64,000 bases of DNA from Octopus bimaculoides. Its lineage: Eukaryota. The translations under genes were made by a program, and so were the position numbers. The notes beneath the pieces were generated by a model that saw only the letters and a program-made list of their open reading frames with translations, searched no databases and was not told the DNA's origin. The stretch is taken from the NCBI RefSeq assembly GCF_001194135.2, contig NC_069004.1, positions 27,579,720 through 27,643,719 on the forward strand, in the 5' to 3' direction. Each line of letters starts with the position of its first letter. Within the stretch, counting starts at the first letter, position 1. This document shows positions 36,931-49,757 of this stretch, one piece after another.

Positions 36931-38389
36931 CTAGAGACAAATATAGATAAAAATGTTGTGAAAAATACAACTAACAAAAAAAAAAAAATACATGATGAAA
37001 ACAGGTGAAAAAAAATTCTTTAAGAATTTCTATTTAAAAAAAAATATATATATATTCTTTCCAAACAAAGTTCAGTGTTTGAAGAACTAAATAAGAAATG
37101 CAGCCAATAATAAATAAATATATAAATAATGTATTATATATACACACACACATATTGAAAATTAAAGGAATTTCAAATCTCAAGGCAAATGAAACAAAAC
37201 AAAACAACAAAATGAATAAACATAAGAAAAGAAAAGGAAAAGAATGAAATGATATGATAAATGGAAAGTAAAAATACATATTTCAAGCCTTTATAAAAAT
37301 ATACACCATCATATTATTTTGATCTTTAAGTAAACAAGTTAAAAGTGATAAAATTCTCGGGAGACTAGTAATGAGTTCAATTTTTGTAATAAGGTACTTC
37401 ACAGACTAGGTAACTTATATATAAATATATATATTTTTTTCCTTGTGAGTAGTGGAGTTCTTACATATTCCAAATACACCACATAAATCAAACTACTTTT
37501 GGTGAAATATTCCCCAAACACTCCGATGGAAAAAAAAAAAAGAAAATTAAGGGAGAAAAAACAAATAAAATAAATATGAGTAAAATGAATTTTCATTTCA
37601 AAAATTTGTTTTCTGCACTAAAAATATTGTCATCACTAATACCTAAATTCACAAATGTACATGTTTGTGTATATATATGTATATATAAGTATATATACAT
37701 GTATATATGGGTATATATTTATATGAATATATATATGTGTGTGTTAAATAAAATGAAACAATAAAGCCAAGGCTGCGTGGAATTTTCAGGACATTTATAA
37801 AGAGAAAGTTAGTCTTACAACTGTTTATATATATATATATATATATATATCCCATCTGTCTCTCTCTTCTATCTTTCCTCTTGTCAAAGAGAATATTTCT
37901 CCGGCGCTTGCTATTTTTCCTTCGTCTGGTCTAACAACCCTCCATGTTTGTTTTCATTTGATTTCCTTGTATGTCTCCACTGTCCTGCTTCTGTTACCAA
38001 CTTTGACCCTCTGCAAATCCCAAATTCTATTTTGGTTTGTGGGAGCAACTGCCCTTTGAAGACTCGTATTGTTGTTCAGAGTTCGAAATGAGAATTAGAT
38101 GGGCAGCCGACAACTTATGTTATTTAGAAGGTATTGTTTATTCAGACACTTGTCTAAGGTGCTGTGTAGTAGGACTGAACCGGGAACTACATGGTTGTAA
38201 AGTGAACTTACTAATGAACATAGTATTAATTTGACATTTTAATATATAAAATAAATAATCAATTTATAAATCATTGTCTGAATTACTAAAAGCTGCTGTT
38301 AACAAGTTGTGCACTCACTAACTCAGAGCTGACTTCTGTTATGCAGTTTTTATAGCACAACTCTGTTGATTTAAGGGTACAACTTTAAT

Positions 38390-39630
38390 GATGCATTAAT
38401 GAGCATGGTTGAGGGTCATCCATTGATAACAGGTCACAAGGAGAGTGGTGTGCCTTCTTAAAACACTGAACATAGTCGTTTGTCCTACCTTTCTTTTTCT
38501 CTCATTAAAGATTTCATAATTATGCGTTAAAGTTTCATTTAAACTCCTCTTTACAAAAAAAATCACATCGTTTCCTGTCATGGTCCATTTCACAAAATTC
38601 CTCGATCAAGGAGTTAGCATTAACAAGAAATCGTTTAAGGACGTCACCTTTTATTATCTTCACTGCACACTCTATTCCATCTTTGTTCTTTTTTTCCCCC
38701 CTTCTCTTCATGTGTTGAGATGTTCTGTCAAGTCTGCTAATTCTTCAGTAGAAAGGCCCCTTTTTTTTTCCCTTTTTATCTTTCTTATCAAAAATCAATT
38801 CTGAGATGTCATCTTCCATAACTACATCCAATCCAGTCTCTTTTGCAAACTTTGAAACTTCTTGTACGATTGCATCCCTCTCCGCCGCCAAACCAAATCC
38901 TTCAATGTCATTCAATGACTCAGAACTTCCCTTAGAACTACATTTAAGCAATCTATTGTGATCTTTTTCTGGACATTAACAATAAAACAGATGGCATTTA
39001 AAATATTAAATGACAACCTGTAATCTTTTACATTCATACCACAGTTTATGTTTAACACATTGATTATTTTCTGAAAAGATTCCTACAAGTAGTATACCTT
39101 GAGAGATGTTATGCCCTGGGGCCATTTACTGTAGAATAGATGATGTACTTGAAGGCATGGGAGCTATGTTTACTTTAAGCTTTGTTTAAACTTCATCAAG
39201 ATTTGGAAGATGGCTGGAAGTATTGTCTACCATAAAATTTCTTTTCATAGAAAGTCATTCTCAGTGTAGAATGTGTACACAACAGTGCAAAAATTGGTTC
39301 ATGTACTGGTTCAAAAACAATTCCTGTGTCACCTATCTATATCTTATCATTCAATTTCCAATCAACAGGTAATTGTAGCTTATGTAACCCTTCTAAGACG
39401 GTTTGTTTTGTAAGCAGTAGACCAACATCAACTTCAGTTTCACTGCTCCTAATACATTGCCACCAAGTAGTAATGCTAATCTATCCTTGGCAGCTTTAAA
39501 TCCTAATACAGACTTTTCTTTAATGGCAGTAAAGGTCCTTGAAGACATATTCTTCCAGTGTAACCCTGTTTTTTCTGCATTGTAAATAAAATCCTCCGGG
39601 TATGTACCACTCTGTACTATGGCTTGGAAT
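38390..39630 (-). pseudogene. Decayed Tigger/pogo DDE transposase
   Basis: 39393-39620 gives YPEDFIYNAEKTGLHWKNMSSRTF...GFKAAKDRLALLLGGN (DETGL/KDRLT motifs); 38745-38951 and 38396-38593 resemble the Tigger C-terminus; middle deleted. Confidence 0.85.
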
Positions 39631-39659
39631 TCACTTCTATATATATACATATATATATG

Positions 39660-39693
<34 letters not shown>

Positions 39694-41110
39694 TATATGA
39701 CAGGTTTCTTTCAGTTTCTGTTTACCAAATCCACTCAGAAAGCTTTGATCAGCCAGAAGATATAGTAGAGGACACTTACCCAACCTGGGACCATGTGGTT
39801 GTGAAGCAAACCACACAGCCATGCCCCTTGACATTGAACGCTGTTCACCATCCTCTTCATCGTTGTTTTTGATAATTAGTAGTTAATTCAGGAAGTCCTT
39901 CTCTTTTAGTAGCAATATCTAAACATTTAAATGAAGAGAGAGAGAGAGAGTGTGTGTGGTTCTACTTTTAAGGAATCTATAGAGCTCCTTGTCTGATTGA
40001 CAATGTTTGCATCATTAACATGTGCGCACACACACACACACACACACACACTCATGAATTCACGCATATTTTGATGTGTGATATATGCTTTTTGAAATGA
40101 ACTTATAACTTTAGGTGTCACTGTGAAAAAATAAACTGGTTTATTCCACAGGTTTCATCTCTCCAAAGACAAAACCCCCCCCCCAAAAAAAAACACAATG
40201 TGATCGACTAACTAGTTTCTAGCCTTGTTAGATCTATATNNNNNNNNNNNNNNNNNNNNNNNNNNNNNNNNNNNNNNNNNNNNNNNNNNNNNNNNNNNNN
40301 NNNNNNNNNNNNNNNNNNNNNNNNNNNNNNNNNNNNNNNNNNNNNNNNNNNNNNNNNNNNNNNNNNNNNNNNNNNNNNNNNNNNNNNNNNNNNNNNNNNN
40401 NNNNNNNNNNNNNNNNNNNNNNNNNNNNNNNNNNNNNNNNNNNNNNNNNNNNNNNNNNNNNNNNNNNNNNNNNNNNNNNNNNNNNNNNNNNNNNNNNNNN
40501 NNNNNNNNNNNNNNNNNNNNNNNNNNTATTTCTGCTATTCTAACAGCAATTCTGTATTTTAAAAAATATATAATTTGTATCGTTGTATATATATATATAT
40601 ATATATATCATTGCTATTATGTTAAACTGTCATATGTGCAAATTAGGTCAAATGCTTTTTTTGCAGTATTTAATTTTGCTTGCAATAACCAGTTCTTTTG
40701 GTCAAACAATTGTATCTCAAGCTGCTTCAGATGCCAAGATAAGAAAATTGTCAAAGTGAAATACAACGGTTTAGCATTTTTCAAAAGTGTAGCAAGTCCC
40801 ACATACGGCAGTTTTGCAAAAATATTTCTGACTGAAAATATTATACATGCATGGAGCTATGATTTTCTGCACCCAACAAAGTATTATTGTTGTGCTGAAA
40901 CTGTTGCTAATGTAAAAAGAAATAGAATTGTGAAACTATTTTTTTCATTTTTTTGAAAATGCAACGGTTTGGACTTATGGCACTTTTGCATGATAGCAAC
41001 GATATATAAATAGGTGCGATTCCCTGCTGGGTAGGCATTGTCCTACTGGTGGTGCACTAGCATGGCCGCAACCTCAAGGCTGAAACATGTAAAAGAATGT
41101 ATATACATAT

Positions 41111-41265
41111 ATATATATAATTTAATTTATATAAGGGCATTGCTATACAATAATGCCTTAAGCTTAGAGGGACTCCATAAGTCAAAACTTATGGAGTCCC
41201 TCTAAGTGAGAGGCATTATTCATTATTGTATAGTAATGCCCTTATATAAATTAAATTATATATAT
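41111..41265. repeat. 155-bp near-perfect palindrome (hairpin)
   Basis: 20-bp perfect inner stem with a CAAA loop, a 10-bp stem and a 38-bp outer stem. Confidence 0.95.
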
Positions 41266-41358
41266 TTATGGAAAAAAATGATGGCTTTTTTCCTTGTGAG
41301 GTTTTTCATGCTAACTTCTTGATAAATTCTTATAAAGTCTTTATCCTAATATTATATT

Positions 41359-41420
<62 letters not shown>

Positions 41421-41739
41421 GTTTACAATTTGAAGGAAAAATTGAGGGAAATAATTACGAGGTAGTTAAATGTTGCTTAAGTGCCCCAGGATTTAAATCG
41501 GGGATAGTGAGTCGTATTTAGTAGAAAATAGGAAAATTGAATAAGGAGATGAACTCTTGGGATGTTGTTAAACCATTCATATCTTGAATTCTTCTACAGA
41601 TGTTTCGACGGATGCACTCCAAAATATCTGACAGGATAAATTATGGTCAGCAATGCATGTCTCAACAGGATACACACACACACACATGTATATTTATACA
41701 CATATACACTATATATACATTGTGTGTGTGTGTGTGTAT

Positions 41740-42095
41740 CTTATATCTTGTTTCAGTCATTGGATTGCAGCCGTGCTAAAATACTGCCTTGAAGGGTTTA
41801 GTTGAACAAATTGACACCGGTACTTATTTTTTTAAAAGTCTGGTACTTATTCTATTGGTCAAACTACAGTGGTGGTAGGCAAACACACACACACACACAC
41901 TCATTCATATACATGTATATGCATATCTGCAACAGGCCTCTTTCTTTCAGTTTCTGTCTGCCTCATCCTCTCACAAAGTTTTGGTCAGCTCAGATCTATA
42001 AGAGAAGGCACTTGCCCAAGGTTGCATGCTGTGGGACTGAACCTGGAACCATGTGGTTGGGAAGCAAACGTCTTACCACATAGCCATGCCGGCAC
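41740..42095 (-). mobile_element. Type C SINE
   Basis: Reverse complement of C consensus with an internal (CA)n. Confidence 0.8.
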
Positions 42096-43531
42096 CTACA
42101 CACACACACACACACACACATGCATGTGCACAACCTGCATATTTGTTGCTTGGTTGTTGTTTTCTTTGACCTGCTCAGTTCATTTGTGCTTTTTGGTTTG
42201 GGATAAATTAATATATTTCACTTGTCATTTTTTACATTAAGGGAAATTTTTAATAAAGAGCGAAGATGATNNNNNNNNNNNNNNNNNNNNNNNNNNNNNN
42301 NNNNNNNNNNNNNNNNNNNNNNNNNNNNNNNNNNNNNNNNNNNNNNNNNNNNNNNNNNNNNNNNNNNNNNNNNNNNNNNNNNNNNNNNNNNNNNNNNNNN
42401 NNNNNNNNNNNNNNNNNNNNNNNNNNNNNNNNNNNNNNNNNNNNNNNNNNNNNNNNNNNNNNNNNNNNNNNNNNNNNNNNNNNNNNNNNNNNNNNNNNNN
42501 NNNNNNNNNNNNNNNNNNNNNNNNNNNNNNNNNNNNNNNNNNNNNNNNNNNNNNNNNNNNNNNNNNNNNNNNNNNNNNNNNNNNNNNNNNNNNNNNNNNN
42601 NNNNNNNNNNNNNNNNNNNNNNNNNNNNNNNNNNNNNNNNNNNNNNNNNNNNNNNNNNNNNNNNNNNNGAAACTGAGAATAATATATGAGCTTGTTCTGA
42701 AGAAATAAATTTGGCTTTTATGCTAATTTTTTGTTTTCTATTTCTTTTCTTTAAAATTATCTGATTTCTTTGCATCAATTTAGATGTGGTTCAAGGCTTT
42801 CTTCTTTTCTTCCTTTCTTTTTTTTTTTATTTTTCACTTTTTAAATTTTATCATAAAATTTGAACTCTCCCTATTTTTTTTTTATTTTCTGAAAAAAAAA
42901 ATTTTCTTTGGTCTCTTTTATCATTAGTATGTTTGTGTTTTAATTTTATTATTTATTATATTTGCTCATCAGAAGCAGTGCACTTGATTCTCAAAATAAG
43001 TTTGGACTTCAAAAAATAACTTGCATTGTTAGCTCATAAATAAATATTCTGTGCCTAAGAGCTATCGGTTTAAATCTTTCATTGCATTTTGCACATTGGC
43101 ATAGCAGAACACAATACTATTAACTGTTTCCACTGCAGTTTTGTGTAAATGTGTGGAAAAATCAGTCACTGTACTGAGGCCCAGGCATGGTTGAGAAGCT
43201 TGCTTTGTAATCACGTTTCAGGTTCGGTCCTACAGTATGGGACAGGTGTCAGCTAATGTTTTCTGAGTGAATTTCATAAGTAGAAACTGTAAGGAAGCCT
43301 ATCATGTATGTGTGTGTGTGTGTTGCCTCCTTGAACAACTTGACAACTAATGTGGATATGTTTACATCCCTGCAACTTAGCAATTCAGCAAAAGAGACCG
43401 ATATAATTAGTACCAAGCTTTAATAAATAAATAATAGGGAGTATTTGGATAAATTAATATATTTTACTCTTCGGAAGGAAAATTTTGAATAAAGAATGAA
43501 GATGATTTTCATTCTTTTTAATTGTTTGTAA

Positions 43532-43727
43532 CCCTTTAGCATTCAGTTTATTCTGTCACAATGGTTTGAATTAATCATTCAACATCTTGTACTTTTCAGA
43601 TTTTGATGAAGTGATTGTTTATTTCTAGAATGACTTTGTAGGGTAGGTGTGAGAGGCTGGATCTGGCCAGTTTGAACATAGAATAGGTAGAATACTGTGG
43701 CCAAATATGGCCTGTTTAGCTAAGGAT
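43532..43727 (+). mobile_element. piggyBac-like MITE, family 1, diverged
   Basis: Aligns with 18521-18741. Confidence 0.7.
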
Positions 43728-44053
43728 TAGATATAAAAATAAACTGCACTTCAGACAAGGTAACAAACCAATGAAAGAAATTTGTTAGACTAAACCCTTC
43801 AAGGCATAGTCCCAGTATGGCCCCACAGTCCAAGAACTGAAACAAGTATAAAGATACAAAATGAAGGATAATGTTAATTTCTCTGTGGTTATTGTTATCA
43901 CTGAAATTGGTTTCACATTAAACAAAGTTTGAACCTGATGAGATTTGAGCCTAGATTGACGAAATATTAAACTAGGTTCAGTAAAGCATCCACACTACAT
44001 CATTCTACTGTTTCATCATTTATTAATGTCCATGTTGGACGGGCTGCCATGTA

Positions 44054-44271
44054 TTTACATATTTAAACCGAACATATCTGGCCCAAAACATATACTGCCA
44101 GTTTTATGTTCTAACCAGCCAGATACAGCCCTTCACACCTACCTTTCAATACCATTCTAAAAATATTCAATCATATCATCAAAATTTCAAAACTATGAGA
44201 TAATGATTAAATAAATGCAGTGTGAATAAAAAAGCATTACATTTGACAGAATAATTTGAATACTAAAGGTT
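44054..44271 (-). mobile_element. piggyBac-like MITE, family 1, diverged and inverted
   Basis: Reverse complement aligns with 18521-18741. Confidence 0.7.
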
Positions 44272-44736
44272 TGAACCAATATTAGATTTGGTGTCAAAGA
44301 TACAATACCTTTGAATTTGTTGTTATTGAATGATTTTATTTGTATAATGAAAAAGAATTTATATTGCCTTTCTACATAACATCTGGCTAGTTGAGGTCTA
44401 ACACCTTCACTGCCATTATTTCACATACACTCTGCATAAACATTTGAGATATATGTAATAAATGTGAAGTAACATTAGTTTTCCTATTCTAAAAATTATT
44501 AACATATTCTCTTTCGTTTATGTTGATTCATTGAAATTTTACTCATGCTAATAATCAATTTACTTACCGACGCCAGTCTAGTTGGCAGCTGTAATTGGTC
44601 GAAGTCAAAGATCACATCCATTTTTATTAAGTTTGCTTTCACTTGTCACCTGTCAACTTGACCCCATTTCATAAATTATATTCAATAATTACAGTTCAAT
44701 CAGTCACTCATATATTATTAGCATTTCTACTCTTGA

Positions 44737-44771
<35 letters not shown>

Positions 44772-45082
44772 GTATCTATTTAATTTAGTTGTCAGATAGA
44801 ATTTTAATGTAGCTGTCTGTTTCANNNNNNNNNNTGTTTCACTGCGATAATGACAGCCTGCAATATATTGGGGCCAATAAAAGCACGGAACAACAGGTGC
44901 ATCATCTTAGTTAAATATCATAAAGTAGAATTAACATTGTGATAACTCAAGAGAGAAAGAGAGAGTCGACACATATATTTTGGTTAGAGAAGACATTTTT
45001 ATAGTAGCTGAGTGTGTTCTTAGAAAATATTTCAGATTTAGTCATGCATCTATCTTGTTATCTCGGGGTTTGGTTAGAAACC

Positions 45083-45115
<33 letters not shown>

Positions 45116-45164
45116 TTGTACTTTTGTGAATAGAATGAATGATAGATTCTATTCATCCATCCAT

Positions 45165-45375
45165 CTCCTCCACCAGGAGGGTCATATGGACATCTCCATA
45201 GAGTCTTATCAGAAACAACTGCCATAACAGATTCTGTCTGGATTCCCAAGCATAACCAACTTAGACTATGGATATTATCCGACCATCTCATTTTTGGTCT
45301 GCCTCTTTGTCTCCTTCCAGTTAACTCAGCTTGAAGAATCCATCTTGCGATACATTCCTGCATCATTCTAATCAC
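45165..45375 (-). pseudogene. RTE-clade LINE ORF2 C-terminal fragment
   Basis: ARWILQAELTGRRQRGRPKMRWSDNI...DKTLWR is the GxRxRGRPxxRWxD motif. Confidence 0.8.
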
Positions 45376-47044
45376 ATGTCTGTAGTACCAGAGCTATGAC
45401 CTCTTGTTGCAGAGAGGTAGCAGCTCAATCTGGAGAGACTCTGAGCTATGCAACCTGTTGAATAACATTACTGCAGTGATTCATTCACACCAAACTAACA
45501 GCTTACAACAGCAAAACTTCCACTTTTGCATATTTTCTTGATCATTTCTATCTTGTAGAGAATACACTTGTCTGCATTGTTTTTTGGGATCAGTGCCTTC
45601 ATAGTTTTCTTGTTCACTGGTTTCATGCTGATCGGTGCAAGTAGATGTATATGTATGAAAAATATGCAGACTTGCAGCATGGTGATGTAAACACTAGCAA
45701 TAGTGAATGTATCTTGGTTAGCTGGGTAACATGGATGGTTGCTGGGGTGTGCTTTTGCAGTATAAGCAAAATCTTCAACTAGATACCAACCCACTTTATC
45801 ATAGATCAATCCATGATAAGCATAACATGGTTCACAGTTGAGTGTTCCATGTTATCCCAGATCTGTGAGGAATGATTCTGTGATAAATGAGGCTACATGC
45901 AGCTGAATGTGTTCATCATCATCATCATCATTATCATCCCATTACATCTGTTTTCCTTCTAGCATGGATTGGATGGTTTAACTAGGGTTGACAGGCAGAA
46001 GAGCTGCACCAGGTTCTAGTCTGATTTGGCTTGGTTTCTACAGCTGGATGCCCTTCTTAGTGCCAACCACTTTACAGTGTGTGCTGGATGCTTTTAACAT
46101 AACACCAGCACAATTAACGTGGTACTGGCATATTTTCATAGAAAATATTTCAAATTTAATGATAGCTGGGTGTGTCCTCAGTAAAGTATGTCTGATATGG
46201 CTTTTACTTGTTTCGTTCATTGGAGTCAATGCAGTCATTGGTTCTGTCTTGAAAGGTTTAATTCAATAAATTGACCCCAGTACTTATGTTGTTTTAAGTG
46301 TGGTATTTATTCTCTTGGTCTCTTTTGCCAAATCACTAAAGTTGTGGGGGCATAAATAAACCAACATATGTATGCAGCATGCTTCTTTTAGATTTATCCA
46401 CCAGATCCACTCCAGGGTGCCACACTATGGAACTGAACCTAGAATCACATGGTTTGGAAAGTAAGCTTCTTATTATAACTATGCCTCCAGCCTCCATCTA
46501 ATAATGGTTGAGTGTATTCTTACAAAATATTTCAGATTTAATGGTTGCTGAGTGTATTCTTGGTAAATATTTCAAATTTAACGACTCCCAAGCATATGCA
46601 TACTAAATATAATTTAAAATTTAATGATGGCTGAATGTTTTCTTGTCAAATACTATTTAAAATTAGCAATTAATCATTCAGTCTTGATGTTTTGTTTATG
46701 AAAAATGAATAAATATTGTTACACCTGATTTATGATTTGTTATATATCCATAGGTCAGCCCTTTTCCAGCTGTTGCCATCCCTTCTTATTTTCAGTCGTA
46801 ATCAGCTATGATTTCATAATCCAATATCTCTCTCTCTCTCTCTCTTCTAAGGCAATATTATGTGATTTTGAGAAGGATTTGGCTATTGTTTCTAGTCTTC
46901 TATTCAGACATAGCATGTCTAAGACGAAATTGCTTAATGTATTCCTTTGTAAGGCAGTAGGCAGTAGGAATGAGGATTGAGGCAAATTCAACTGCTTAAT
47001 AACCACATACAAGTTCACTTTTTAATTTGTTACATATTACATAT

Positions 47045-47390
47045 ACTCTTTACTCTTTTACTTGTTTCAGTCATTTGACTGCGGCCATGCTGGAGCACCA
47101 CCTTTTAGTCGAGCAAATCGACCCCAGGACTTATTCTTTGGAAGCCTAGTACTTATTCTATCGATCTCTTTTGCCAAACTGCTAAGTTACGGGGGGGACG
47201 TAAGTACACCAGCATCAGATGTCAAGCGATGTTGGGGAGACAAACATATACACACACATGACGGGCTTCTTTCAGTTTCCGTCTACCAAATCCACTCAAA
47301 AGACTTTGGTCGGCCCAAGGTGCCACGCAGTGGGACTGAACCTGGAACCATGTGGTTGGTAAGCAAGCTACTTACTACACAGCCACATGT
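47045..47390 (-). mobile_element. Young type C SINE with an internal deletion
   Basis: Near-consensus, (TTTACTC)n tail. Confidence 0.9.
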
Positions 47391-47449
47391 ATTTCATTCG
47401 GTGTACATTTCATAGACTGCTTACAGGAACTTGAGCCTATGCATGAGCA

Positions 47450-47485
<36 letters not shown>

Positions 47486-49686
47486 GGCTTAAGTTCCTAT
47501 ATGAGTGTGCATACACACACAGAATACTGGGCATACAGCTTGTCTGTATACAGGAACTTTACCTTTTCCGTATACTTATTTACAGCAATGTGAGTAAAAG
47601 CAATGAAGTTTAATAATTAATAAAATGTCAAGAGGCCACCTCAGATTTTTATGAAAGACAGTTGGAAATTGTGATATTTTTGTCTTCCCAAACAGCATTT
47701 GTAATGTAAGTCAAGTAGCAAAATTGCTTCAGTTAGCCATACATACATACATACATATGCATATACATGCATATATATATATAACATAATATTCAAGTTC
47801 TTTGTTCTAAGTAGCTGAACATAGTGTCTTTGAACCTGTCATCCCTGGAATGTATGTGTGTTTGTGTATCATTTCCAACACTAACATGACATAAAAGCAG
47901 AATAAAGAAGAAAAAAACTCACACACAAAACACTAACTATTGTGCAGATTAGAAGCAGCAAGATGCAGTTAAAATGGGTTCAAATTTTGTTCCAAGGCCT
48001 GCATTTAAAAAAAAAAATGCTCAATTGGTATCTGTTTTATTGATCTCTGAAAGAAAGAAAAGCTACAGTGACCTCAATGGATTTTGAACTCAGAGTGTAA
48101 TAAGTCGGAAGAAATGCTGCTAAACATTTTGTCCAATGTGCTATCAATTCTGTCTCTTCAATTACAATGGTACCAGTTTTGCATCATCTTCTTTATCCAC
48201 CTCAAAATATATTAGCACTAGCAGTGTTTTCTTTGACATATGCTAACGTTAAGAATTTTGTAAAGGCTATATGTTGTTTTTGCTCCCAGGTGAGTCTGAT
48301 TGAGCAAGGCTGTGACCAAATGTTTCAGCTGTAACATGTTTTTATGTATAGTAAGGACTTGTTTGTCTTTTTTGTATGACAGCATACTGATTTGAAGCAG
48401 ATTTGACTACTATTTCTTACAGCTTGAGCAACTACATGATAGGGGCTTCACATTGTTGCTCACCCTACTGAATATAGCAGCCAAAGTACCCTCAAATCAA
48501 GCCTTGCCTTCTTTCAAAATATAGAAAGATATTTTGGTTTGATAGGAGCATGGAATTTGAGGTATATTTGGCTGCTATTTCTCACAGCTTGAGCAGCCAC
48601 ATAGTGGACATGCATATTGATTATACTGTCAAATATATCAGCTAAATCACCCTGGGATCAAACTTCACTCTCTTCAAAAATATAAAGAGATACTTGGGTA
48701 ATATGGCCCTAGATATTGTGAGAACAAGATGGTCATGGCTAGAATGGCATTGATTATATAGGTTAGGTCAGTCAGAGCTGGCCTGGAGTTAGACAATTAC
48801 ATAGGCTTCCTCTCTTGCTTGTATAGTTGCTACTATGTGGTGCAAGTTTATAAGTTTACTTTGCCTCGGGAGATAATTATTTGCATTAACCTATCACACC
48901 TCTGTTTGCTCATGATTGTGTATTTAGCGTTAAGTATGGGTATTCATCTGTTAAAATATTTGTAGTTTACTTGAAGCATTTCATACATGTATGACATTGG
49001 AAAAATAATGAAACCAAGCAACTTAACATGCAGACTATAGGAGAAATATATTTGATCTTCTTTAATTTTTTTTNNNNNNNNNNNNNNNNNNNNNNNNNNN
49101 NNNNNNNNNNNNNNNNNNNNNNNNNNNNNNNNNNNNNNNNNNNNNNNNNNNNNNNNNNNNNNNNNNNNNNNNNNNNNNNNNNNNNNNNNNNNNNNNNNNN
49201 NNNNNNNNNNNNNNNNNNNNNNNNNNNNNNNNNNNNNNNNNNNNNNNNNNNNNNNNNNNNNNNNNNNNNNNNNNNNNNNNNNNNNNNNNNNNNNNNNNNN
49301 NNNNNNNNNNNNNNNNNNNNNNNNNNNNNNNNNNNNNNNNNNNNNNNNNNNNNNNNNNNNNNNNNNNNNNNNNNNNNNNNNNNNNNNNNNNNNNNNNNNN
49401 NNNNNNNNNNNNNNNNNNNNNNNNNNNNNNNNNNNNNNNNNNNNNNNNNNNNNNNNNNNNNNNNNNNNNNNNNNNNNNNNNNNNNNNNNNNNNNNNNNNN
49501 NNNNNNNNNNNNNNNNNNNNNNNNNNNNNNNNNNNNNNNNNNNNNNNNNNNNNNNNNNNNNNNNNNNNNNNNNNNNNNNNNNNNNNNNNNNNNNNNNNNN
49601 NNNNNNNNNNNNNNNNNNNNNNNNNNNNNNNNNNNNNNNNNNNNNNNNNNNNNNNNNNNNNNNNNNNNNNNNNNNNNNNNNNNNNN

Positions 49687-49757
<71 letters not shown>

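Noticed and set aside
37900-37940. Minus-strand CAGACGAAGG...CCGGAGAAA (and CTGATGAGGGCA at about 63880) as further hammerheads
   Set aside because: Core residues missing; too degenerate to support
40560-40960. Coding-looking sequence after the gap; also the 104-aa ORF at 45495-45809
   Set aside because: No motif I can assign; likely decayed TE, left unannotated
43935-43980. CTGATGA...CGAAA hammerhead-like motif
   Set aside because: Stem II pairs poorly and no UH site is in register with a stem I
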